From an uncultured Candidatus Saccharimonas sp. (GTDB taxonomy: Bacteria; Patescibacteriota; Saccharimonadia; Saccharimonadales; AQU-01): a stretch of DNA of 64,000 bases. The DNA is taken from assembly GCA_943358095.1 (NCBI GenBank), contig CALRGT010000002.1:32782-96781 (forward strand), given 5' to 3'. A program made the translations under genes and the position numbers. Positions 39,440 to 47,237 of this stretch are shown here, in pieces (position 1 is the first letter of the stretch; each line of letters opens with the position of its first letter). The notes under the pieces were generated by a model. It ran no database searches, was not told the DNA's origin, and saw only the letters and a program-made list of their open reading frames with translations.

Positions 39440-40669
39440 ATGCGCGAAGGCACTACTCAATCATTTGTTGGTCTAGATATTGGCACCAGTGCCGTAAGGT
39501 GCGTTATTGGCATGCTCGACCAAAATAGCGACGGTAAGCTGTCTATCATCGGTCATGGTAGTGCTCAGAATGTCGGTATGCGCAAAGGTGCTGTCGTACA
39601 TGTTGATGATGTAGTTGAGGCCGTAACAGGCGCAATCGCCGAAGCAGAAAGAGTATCGGGAACTCATGTTGGCAGCGTCACGGTTAATGTAAACGGCGGT
39701 CATGTACTTGGTATTAACTCACGCGGAGTCATCGCTATTAGCACTTCCAACCGCGATATAACTCAAGACGATCGTTTACGAGTTGAAGAAGCAGCCACAA
39801 TCGTCAAATTACCTCCTAACAGAGAGATTATCCAAGTATTTGCTAAGAATTATCGCCTCGATGGTCAAGATAACATCAAAGATCCTGTCGGTATGCAAGG
39901 TGTTAGGCTAGAAGTCGACACTCATATTGTCACTGCCAGCACTCCTAATCTTCGTAATCTCGATTTAGTCTTAGAAAAGGCACACTTAACGCCTAACCAT
40001 CACACCGTATCTAGCCTAGCTTCAGCCGAAGCAGTACTTAATCGTCAACAAAAAGAGTCAGGCACGGTATTGATTGATATCGGTGCCGGTACAACCAACA
40101 TAGTCGTGCTAGAGGACGGGGAAGTCCAGCACATTGCTGTCTTGCCAATCGGTGGCATTCACGTCACAAACGACTTAGCAATTGGCCTGAAGACCGACTT
40201 AGACATCGCCGAAGCCGTAAAACTAGAACACGCCAACTTAACTGGCGTCTTGAGCAAGAAGCGGTCCGGCGTAACCGTAAACAAAGTTCGCCACGAATTC
40301 GACCCAGAAGATATACAGATGATAGTAGAGGCTCGCATCGAAGAGCTATTAGAATATGTCGACAAAGAACTCAAGAAGATCAGCCGGTCCCGTAAGTTGC
40401 CTGGCGGTGCAGTATTAGTTGGCGGCACCTCCAAGATACCTGGTATCGCCGAATTCACGAAAGAAAAGTTACAAATAGCCGCTAGAGTCGGCAAGCTACA
40501 AACAATTGGCGGCCTGCAAGACACAGTCGAAGACCCAGCTTACTACACAGCTGTCGGTCTAGTTATCCTAGATATGTTGCTCGCTCCTCAAAACGACTCG
40601 ATGATTAACGGGCAAAACAGCGGCGTTTTTGGCATGGTCGAAGGTTTGTTCAAACGATTCAAACGCTAA
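39440..40669 (+). CDS. ftsA: Cell division protein FtsA
   Basis: It has the actin-like ATPase motifs VGLDIGTSAVR and VLIDIGAGTTN, plus GGTSKIPGI. I prefer ATG 39440, 7 nt after TGg-TATACT (39427-39432), over TTG 39434. Confidence 0.92.
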   Translation: MREGTTQSFVGLDIGTSAVRCVIGMLDQNSDGKLSIIGHGSAQNVGMRKGAVVHVDDVVEAVTGAIAEAERVSGTHVGSVTVNVNGGHVLGINSRGVIAISTSNRDITQDDRLRVEEAATIVKLPPNREIIQVFAKNYRLDGQDNIKDPVGMQGVRLEVDTHIVTASTPNLRNLDLVLEKAHLTPNHHTVSSLASAEAVLNRQQKESGTVLIDIGAGTTNIVVLEDGEVQHIAVLPIGGIHVTNDLAIGLKTDLDIAEAVKLEHANLTGVLSKKRSGVTVNKVRHEFDPEDIQMIVEARIEELLEYVDKELKKISRSRKLPGGAVLVGGTSKIPGIAEFTKEKLQIAARVGKLQTIGGLQDTVEDPAYYTAVGLVILDMLLAPQNDSMINGQNSGVFGMVEGLFKRFKR

Positions 40670-40671
40670 AT

Positions 40672-40811
40672 TACAGCTTCAATTTCACATTTTACATTGA
40701 CCATTTGTCATTTATTTGGACATTTAACATTGATCATTGGCGCTACACCTCAATGACAAATGACCAAATGACTAAATAAATGTTCAATGCTAAATGACCA
40801 AATGCTAAATT
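40672..40811. repeat. CATTT/CAATG-rich hairpin repeat element, copy E5 (ftsA-ftsZ spacer)
   Basis: The left arm is tttcacattttacattgaccatttgtcatttatttggacatttaacattgatcattg. The apex is gcgctacacct. The right arm is caatgacaaatgaccaaatgactaaataaatgttcaatgctaaatgaccaaatgctaaat. It starts 2 nt after the ftsA stop. Confidence 0.85.
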
Positions 40812-40861
40812 TATCTATTATTTTGCTCAATCAAGATTATCGCTTATCGTAAAGTTATTCA

Positions 40862-40890
40862 TTGTAGTAGCTCCTCTAGTACGCTATAAT
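40862..40890 (+). promoter_or_regulatory. Candidate ftsZ promoter
   Basis: TTGTAG (40862-40867), a 17-nt spacer, then TATAAT (40885-40890). Confidence 0.45.
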
Positions 40891-40923
40891 TTATTTATAC
40901 ATAGTAAAGTTGAGAGGGATAAG

Positions 40924-42246
40924 ATGCCACAACAAGTAGCTCCTGAGATTGAAACATTTGCTCGAATCAAGGTAATCGGTGTCGGCGGTGCTGGCGGTGC
41001 GGCCATTAATAGAATGGTTGAGGCTGGTATTGAAGGCGTTGAATTCATTGCTATTAATACTGACGCTCAGGCTTTGCATTTTTCTAAAGCTCAAACTAAG
41101 CTTCATATTGGTAAAAGTACCACCCGTGGTCTAGGTACTGGAGCTGACCCAGCTATTGGCCAGAACGCAGCCGAAGAATCAAAAGAAGAAATCAAAAAAG
41201 CCATTGAAGGTGCAGACATGATTTTCGTAACTATTGGTGCCGGCGGTGGTACTGGTAGTGGTGCCGGTCCAGTTGTGGCTGGTGTTGCTAGCGAACTTGG
41301 TATTTTGGTTATTGGTTTTGCGACACGACCTTTTGCCTTTGAGGGTGACAAGCGACGCCGTAATGCTGAAACAGCCATCGAACAAATGCGCTCCAAGGTA
41401 GATACTCTTATTATCATCCCTAACGATCGACTATTACAGACAATTGACCGTCAAACACCGTTACTAGAAGCTTTCAAGGTGGCCGACGATGTTCTTCGTC
41501 AGGGCGTTCAAGGTATTTCCGACCTTATCACTGTACATGGTTTGATCAATCTAGACTTCGCCGATGTTAAGACTGTTATGAGTAACGCCGGTTCTGCCTT
41601 GATGGGTATCGGTCGTGCTAGCGGTGAACATCGTGCATTACAGGCCGCTCAGCAAGCTATCGAATCACCACTTCTTGAGGTGTCAATTGACGGCGCTCGA
41701 GGAATCCTGTTTAACGTTATCGGTGGTAATGATATGTCCATGCACGAAATCAATTCAGCTGCCGAGGCAATCACAGCTGCAGCCGACCCAGACGCGAACA
41801 TTATATTCGGTGCTACGATTAACCCAGAACTTGAAGGTGAGATCATTATTACAGTTGTCGCAACTGGTTTTGACGCATCTTATTTTGCCAAGCGCCAAGC
41901 GCCTGCGCCTGTCGAAGAAGTTAAGACCGAAGACGACAAAGAAGATGACTATAGCTATAACGAGGTTAAGTCCGACGCTATGTCTGACATGGATATGGAC
42001 CTAGAAGTTAAGGCTGACGAAGATTCAATCGGCGACGAGCAAGGCGAACTTCATAACGACCAGCCTATTCCTAACATTTGGTCTCTCGACCACGAAGATC
42101 TTAGCCACGACACTGGTACAACAGCTGTTGTTAGCAGTATGTCCGACGAAGAATCCGAATTAGAGAAGCCATCATTCCTACGACGCTTCAAAAAACGCGG
42201 TCATGATAAGACTGATAGTGATAAAGACAACGAATTACAAAAATAA
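40924..42246 (+). CDS. ftsZ: Cell division protein FtsZ with acidic C-terminal extension
   Basis: It has the tubulin signature [13 protein letters not shown], plus [15 protein letters not shown] and NLDFADV. A GAGAGGG SD lies upstream. Confidence 0.97.
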   Translation: MPQQVAPEIETFARIKVIGVGGAGGAAINRMVEAGIEGVEFIAINTDAQALHFSKAQTKLHIGKSTTRGLGTGADPAIGQNAAEESKEEIKKAIEGADMIFVTIGAGGGTGSGAGPVVAGVASELGILVIGFATRPFAFEGDKRRRNAETAIEQMRSKVDTLIIIPNDRLLQTIDRQTPLLEAFKVADDVLRQGVQGISDLITVHGLINLDFADVKTVMSNAGSALMGIGRASGEHRALQAAQQAIESPLLEVSIDGARGILFNVIGGNDMSMHEINSAAEAITAAADPDANIIFGATINPELEGEIIITVVATGFDASYFAKRQAPAPVEEVKTEDDKEDDYSYNEVKSDAMSDMDMDLEVKADEDSIGDEQGELHNDQPIPNIWSLDHEDLSHDTGTTAVVSSMSDEESELEKPSFLRRFKKRGHDKTDSDKDNELQK

Positions 42247-42344
42247 GTCGTCTCTAAGAAGTAAACTGCCAGTTTTCGTATTAAAAATTACACCACAAAT
42301 AGTATTGCAAAACGCTATCGCTAGGGCTAAACTTAATGACATAG

Positions 42345-42360
42345 ACGCTATATCTAGTGA
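42345..42360. promoter_or_regulatory. Candidate NrdR box upstream of nrdR
   Basis: ACGCTATATCTAGTGA matches 13 of 16 positions of the recalled NrdR-box consensus acaCwAtATaTwGtgt. A weaker second match lies at 42290-42305. Confidence 0.3.
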
Positions 42361-42409
42361 TAGAAATACAGCGCCAGCACATTGAGGTTGAATAAAGGAG
42401 GTGTGCGTT

Positions 42410-42883
42410 ATGAAGTGCGGTAAATGCCAAGAGACTGAAACAAAAGTCATTGAGTCGCGTGATGTTGCCGATGGTGAAGCTGTACGAAGACGTCGAGCTT
42501 GCACCAAATGCCATTACCGGTTTACCACCTACGAGCGTCTCGAGCGGCCGAACTTAATCGTTGTAAAGAACGACGGCACCAGAGAACTGTTCGCCCGTGA
42601 AAAATTGCTCGTTGGGCTATATCGAGCCTGTGAGAAGACGCAAGTCACCGGTATGCAGATAGAAAGACTTGTTGCTGACATAGAGCACGAGCTTTACGAC
42701 TGCGGTGACGCCGAGATACCTACGACTAAGATCGGACAGTTGGTAATGGATCATCTGGCTGAGCTTAACGAGGTAGCTTATGTGCGCTTCGCCAGTGTTT
42801 ACAGGCGCTTTAAGGACATTGCAAGTTTCGAAAAGGAACTGTCAGTAGTAAAAGGCCTCAAGACCGACAAATCAAAGTCCTGA
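42410..42883 (+). CDS. nrdR: Transcriptional repressor NrdR
   Basis: ATG lies 8 nt after AAGGAGG. It has the zinc ribbon MKCGKCQ...CTKCHYRFTTYE followed by an ATP-cone. Confidence 0.93.
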   Translation: MKCGKCQETETKVIESRDVADGEAVRRRRACTKCHYRFTTYERLERPNLIVVKNDGTRELFAREKLLVGLYRACEKTQVTGMQIERLVADIEHELYDCGDAEIPTTKIGQLVMDHLAELNEVAYVRFASVYRRFKDIASFEKELSVVKGLKTDKSKS

Positions 42884-43114
42884 TAAGGCTTTGACGGCTC
42901 CCCTAAGTCTTCTCGTTAACAGAGAGTACAAGAAGATTATGGAGAGCTGAAAAGAAAGTTTTCGTTCCGTGAGAGCGCGAAAACAGTCAACTCTAAACAA
43001 AAACTTAACAAAAACAATAATTAAGAGTAATGAGCACTGAAAAGTGAGTGCTTGGCTTCGTAGCCAAAAAACTCACCTTGAAATGATCTACAGCTCACTA
43101 AAACGGAGGGTAAA

Positions 43115-45883
43115 ATGGGAGAGACAACAACACTAGGAATTAGAAGAGTATTTACGGCGCCAAATACTAAGGGTTATGACGCTATTAAATGGGTTACTCG
43201 CGATTCTATTATCACTAATCCTGTAACTTCAAAGCCAGTTTTCGAGCAAAAAGACGTTGAGTTTCCAGAGGGCTGGTCACTAAACGCTATTAACATCGTA
43301 GCTCAGAAGTATTTTACAGGTTCACCTGGCACACCAGGCCGCGAAGTTAGCCTGCGTAATTTGATAGATCGCGTTGCCGACACTATCACTCGAGCCGGTA
43401 TTCAAGAGGGTTATTTTGAGTCAGACGAAGAAGCCGAAACTTTCCGCGAAGAACTAAAGTACATTTGCGCTACTCAGCGTGCTGCCTTTAACTCTCCAGT
43501 TTGGTTTAACATCGGTGTACCAGAACGCTCACAACAGGCTAGTGCCTGCTTTATTTTAGCCGTCGAAGACACTATGCCAGCTATTCTTAACTGGTATAAA
43601 GAAGAAGGTATGATCTTTAAGGGCGGTAGCGGTTCTGGTATCAACATTAGCTCGCTTCGTTCATCTGTTGAAGTGCTAGGCAAGAGCGCTGGTACGGCCT
43701 CTGGTCCTTTGTCGTTCATGCGTGGCGCTGACGCTTCAGCTGGTGCAATAAAGAGTGGTGGTAAGACTCGTCGAGCCGCCAAAATGGTTATTTTGAATGT
43801 TGACCACCCAGATGTAGAAGAATTTATCTGGTGTAAGGCCCGTGAAGAGCGTAAAGCTCGTGTTCTAGCCGACGCTGGTTACGAAATGGGTGTCGATGGT
43901 AAGGACATTCACTCTGTTCAGTACCAAAATGCCAACAACTCAGTTCGTGTTACTGACGATTTCATGCAAGCTGTATTAGACGACGCAGATTGGGACTTAA
44001 AAGCTGTTACTACTGGTAAAACTACTAGCACAGTCAAAGCTCGAGACATTATGCATCAGTTTGCTCAGGCCGCATGGGAATGCGCTGACCCTGGAATGCA
44101 GTACGACACCACTATTAATAAGTGGCACACAACTCCATCGGCTGGTTCAATCAATGGCTCTAACCCTTGTAGTGAGTACATGCACCTAGACAACTCTGCC
44201 TGCAACTTGTCATCTATCAACCTACTAAAATATCTACGAGATGACGGTAGTTTTGATGTTGAATTGTTCAAGCACACAATCGAAATTATGTTCACAGCTC
44301 AAGAAATTCTTGTCGGCTACTCTGAGTATCCAACCAAGAAAATTGGTATCACAGCCAAAGCTTACCGAGAGCTAGGACTAGGTTACGCTAACCTTGGTGC
44401 TCTATTAATGGCACAAGGTTTACCTTACGACTCTGAAGAAGGCCGTGCTCAGGCTGCAGCTATCACCGCTTTGATGACTGGTCACGCTTATGCTACTAGC
44501 GCACGCTTGTCACGACGAGTTGGTGCATTTGCCGGTTACCGCAAAGACAAAGAAAGCACGATGAAGGTCATTAAGATGCACCGCGAAGAGGTTTCTAACA
44601 TCGATGCCAGCCTAGTTAGCGAAGAGCTACTTAGCGCCGCAGCGGCATCATGGGACGAAGCTGTTGAACTTGGTCGCTTACACGGTATCCGTAACTCACA
44701 AGCTACTCTACTAGCTCCAACAGGTACGATTGGTTTGATGATGGATTGCGACACCACTGGTATCGAGCCAGATCTAGGTCTAGTTAAGGTCAAGAAGTTG
44801 GTCGGAGGTGGTACGATGTACATCGTCAACCAGACTGTGCCACGCGCTTTGGACGCCCTCGGTTACAGCAAGTCACAGATAGCAGATATCATTAGCTATA
44901 TCGACACCGAGAAGAGCATTTTGGGAGCACCACATCTAGCCAAAGAGCACGAAGCAGTTTTTGCTTGCTCAATGGGTGATAACGCTATTCATTACCTCGG
45001 TCACGTTAAGATGATGGCCGCCGTTCAGCCTTTCTTGTCTGGCGCTATCTCTAAGACAATCAATATGCCAGAAGAAGTAAGCGTCGAAGACGTTGAACAG
45101 CTACATATCGATTCCTGGAAGTTAGGCCTCAAGTCGGTCGCTATCTACCGAGACAACTGTAAGGTTGGTCAACCACTAAGTATGGCCAAGAAAGATGTCG
45201 AGCCATCTGTTGCTGGTTTGCCTACAACTGAAGGTTTTGTCGTCAGGGGAGCAATCCGCCGCCGCCTACCTAAGGTTCGCACAGCCAAGACTTTCTCGTT
45301 CAAAGTTGCTGACAGCAAGGGCTTCGTGACTGTTGGTGAATACGAGGATGGCACACCAGGTGAATTGTTTGTGAATATTTCCAAGCAAGGTTCGACCTTG
45401 CGAGGTGTCATGGATGCCTTCGCTATCTCAATTAGCCATGGTCTACAGTATGGTGCGCCTCTCAAGAACTACGTCAGAGCCTTCACTAATATGTCGTTTG
45501 CGCCAGCCGGTATAACTGATGACGCTGAGATTCGCACCGCTTCATCACTAGTCGACTATATCTTTAGACGCTTAGCGCTTAGCTACTTGTCATTCGATGA
45601 TCGTCTAGAGTTAGGTTTAGCGTCATTCGACGATATGCCAGAAGCACAGATTAGTCTTTTAGGAAGCGAAGATGCAGTTGTCGAAGAAGCTATTCAGGCC
45701 TCTCAAGACATCGATGTTGCACCAGTAGTTGCAAAAGTTACTGCCCAGGCAGCAACAACAACTCAACCAGTCGCAAGAAGAGACGACACAGCACCTTTCT
45801 GCTATAACTGCGGTAATCAGACTCAACGCGCCGGTTCGTGTTATGTCTGTACTGCTTGTGGTAGCACAACAGGCTGTAGCTAG
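43115..45883 (+). CDS. nrdJ: Adenosylcobalamin-dependent ribonucleotide reductase, class II
   Basis: The 922-aa ORF has WSLNAINIVAQKYF, SPVWFNIG, the GSGSGINISSLRS loop, the NPCSEY active site, and a C-terminal Cys4 ribbon CYNCGNQ...CYVCTACG. Confidence 0.9.
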   Translation: MGETTTLGIRRVFTAPNTKGYDAIKWVTRDSIITNPVTSKPVFEQKDVEFPEGWSLNAINIVAQKYFTGSPGTPGREVSLRNLIDRVADTITRAGIQEGYFESDEEAETFREELKYICATQRAAFNSPVWFNIGVPERSQQASACFILAVEDTMPAILNWYKEEGMIFKGGSGSGINISSLRSSVEVLGKSAGTASGPLSFMRGADASAGAIKSGGKTRRAAKMVILNVDHPDVEEFIWCKAREERKARVLADAGYEMGVDGKDIHSVQYQNANNSVRVTDDFMQAVLDDADWDLKAVTTGKTTSTVKARDIMHQFAQAAWECADPGMQYDTTINKWHTTPSAGSINGSNPCSEYMHLDNSACNLSSINLLKYLRDDGSFDVELFKHTIEIMFTAQEILVGYSEYPTKKIGITAKAYRELGLGYANLGALLMAQGLPYDSEEGRAQAAAITALMTGHAYATSARLSRRVGAFAGYRKDKESTMKVIKMHREEVSNIDASLVSEELLSAAAASWDEAVELGRLHGIRNSQATLLAPTGTIGLMMDCDTTGIEPDLGLVKVKKLVGGGTMYIVNQTVPRALDALGYSKSQIADIISYIDTEKSILGAPHLAKEHEAVFACSMGDNAIHYLGHVKMMAAVQPFLSGAISKTINMPEEVSVEDVEQLHIDSWKLGLKSVAIYRDNCKVGQPLSMAKKDVEPSVAGLPTTEGFVVRGAIRRRLPKVRTAKTFSFKVADSKGFVTVGEYEDGTPGELFVNISKQGSTLRGVMDAFAISISHGLQYGAPLKNYVRAFTNMSFAPAGITDDAEIRTASSLVDYIFRRLALSYLSFDDRLELGLASFDDMPEAQISLLGSEDAVVEEAIQASQDIDVAPVVAKVTAQAATTTQPVARRDDTAPFCYNCGNQTQRAGSCYVCTACGSTTGCS

Positions 45884-45905
45884 TAAGACTAGCCATCCAA
45901 CAGAG

Positions 45906-45937
45906 AAAACCCGCCAATTATAGGCGGGTTTTCTGTT
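45906..45937 (+). terminator. Intrinsic terminator after nrdJ
   Basis: AACCCGCC (45908-45915) pairs with GGCGGGTT (45923-45930), followed by TTCTGTTT. Confidence 0.8.
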
Positions 45938-45979
45938 TAAGGGTTGCCATATCCGAGCTATCTATTACAATAGTAGTCT

Positions 45980-46228
45980 ATGAGTTTTGAAATTATTGGT
46001 ATGCCAGAGACACAAACCTTTACCGCTGAGTCAGCTATAGTCAGCCAACCCGAGCCAGGGTCGGGTAGTCTTATACACGACACTTTGGTCAAGCCCTTCG
46101 AAGTTAATCCAATTGGAGCGATTGTAATGCTGGGAGCTATTGCTGCCGGTACGGCCTTGCTCCGCAGAGCCGTTAAGTCTGACAAATCTTGGGGTGAGTC
46201 TATCAAAGACCGGCTAGAGGACAAATAA
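45980..46228 (+). CDS. Small hypothetical membrane protein (82 aa)
   Basis: A single TM (IGAIVMLGAIAAGTALL) is present. The promoter is TTGCCA (45944-45949), a 16-nt spacer, then TACAAT (45966-45971), with ATG 8 nt downstream. The overlapping minus-strand ORF 45958..46224 is rejected. Confidence 0.5.
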   Translation: MSFEIIGMPETQTFTAESAIVSQPEPGSGSLIHDTLVKPFEVNPIGAIVMLGAIAAGTALLRRAVKSDKSWGESIKDRLEDK

Positions 46229-46299
46229 TCCAGCTTTTGGCTATTATTGGCCTTAATCTCAGCAAAATATTCTCATCAAGCTTATGGTACTATTGAAGT

Positions 46300-46563
46300 A
46301 TGAAAATCCAATTTCTATACAGGCCCAACTCAGAGCATTCACGACTAGTAGATGAGTATGTTCACGAGTTTAAAATCCGCCGCAATACGGAGATAGATAT
46401 GATAGATATTGACGGCAGAGATGGCTCATCATTAGCTCGACTTTACGATGTTATGGCTTATCCGGCTATTCTAGTCACAAAAGAGGGCGGAGAATTAGTA
46501 GCTAGTTGGCAGGGGACGGACTTACCGTTAATGGACGAGTTAGCAGCCTACGCCAATCTTTAG
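46300..46563 (+). CDS. Small hypothetical protein (87 aa), possibly a thioredoxin-like fold without CxxC
   Basis: The ORF is MKIQFLYRPNSEHSRLVDEYVHEF...YPAILVTKEGGELVASWQG. TGg-TACTAT (46285-46293) lies 6 nt before the ATG. Confidence 0.5.
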   Translation: MKIQFLYRPNSEHSRLVDEYVHEFKIRRNTEIDMIDIDGRDGSSLARLYDVMAYPAILVTKEGGELVASWQGTDLPLMDELAAYANL

Positions 46564-46597
46564 TTGCAATTTAGCAAAAAAAGTATACAATAGCAGT

Positions 46598-46990
46598 ATG
46601 AATAAACTTGTACCGGCCGCTTCGGCTGCTTTCGCAATAGGTGTTATAGGTGGTGGATATGCTACTCACGAAATATTATCGAGTAAAACCGAGGGATATA
46701 TGGATAATCAGTCTGCGCTCAAAGAGTGCGAGGCTGATCCGTCTCTATTAGTGTCGGCAAATGGCGTACTTCAGTGCGCTGGCGTTGAGCTTAAAACTGT
46801 TAATGGTGTATCTGTAGATTGGGCAGCAACTCACAAGGCGGTGGCTGACTCTATCAAGCACTCTAAAGACGTCGATGAATACGGCTCAATTTATGGTTCG
46901 TTGGCTATAGGTGTGATGGCGGCTTCAGCAGCTATTATTCGCCCAGCCCACAAAAAACAGCAAGCTACTCCTAGAAAACCAAAAGCCTAA
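46598..46990 (+). CDS. Small hypothetical membrane/secreted protein (130 aa)
   Basis: It has an N-terminal hydrophobic segment (LVPAASAAFAIGVIGGGYA) and a second TM (GSLAIGVMAASAAII). TACAAT (46586-46591) lies 6 nt before the ATG. Confidence 0.5.
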   Translation: MNKLVPAASAAFAIGVIGGGYATHEILSSKTEGYMDNQSALKECEADPSLLVSANGVLQCAGVELKTVNGVSVDWAATHKAVADSIKHSKDVDEYGSIYGSLAIGVMAASAAIIRPAHKKQQATPRKPKA

Positions 46991-47054
46991 ATTCGGACAG
47001 GTTAAGAGCAAGAGTTTTGTTTGTGATATAATTTTATTTAGAAACACTCTGCAT

Positions 47055-47216
47055 ATATGTAGATGAGCGGCTATCAACCGTGAAGTTTCGGGAGGAAACT
47101 CGTCCTAGTAACGAGCGTAAAGCCCGCCGGTCCGGCCCGTAATCGCCGTCAATTAAGCCGTGAAGTAGGATGGTACCTTCGCCCATCAGCGAATCCTACT
47201 TGATCAGGGCTTTTTT
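47055..47216 (+). promoter_or_regulatory. T-box leader (Ile) controlling ileS by transcription attenuation
   Basis: The T-box sequence GTAGGATGGTACCTTCGCCC (47165-47184) resembles the consensus AGGGTGGTACCGCG. The terminator pairs GCCCATCA (47181-47188) with TGAT-ca-GGGC (47201-47210), followed by TTTTTT. The candidate specifier is AUC followed by A at 47073-47076. GATGAG (47062-47067), a possible K-turn element, lies at the 5' base. An extended -10 TGATATAAT lies at 47024-47032. Confidence 0.55.
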
Positions 47217-47237
47217 ATTTTTATAAGGGGAACCACT

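Noticed and set aside
45958-46224. Minus-strand 88-aa ORF almost exactly overlapping plus-strand ORF 45980-46228.
   Set aside because: The plus-strand ORF has a strong promoter (TTGCCA-16-TACAAT) with ATG 8 nt downstream and a clear TM helix. The minus-strand ORF would run into the nrdJ terminator and has no start signals.
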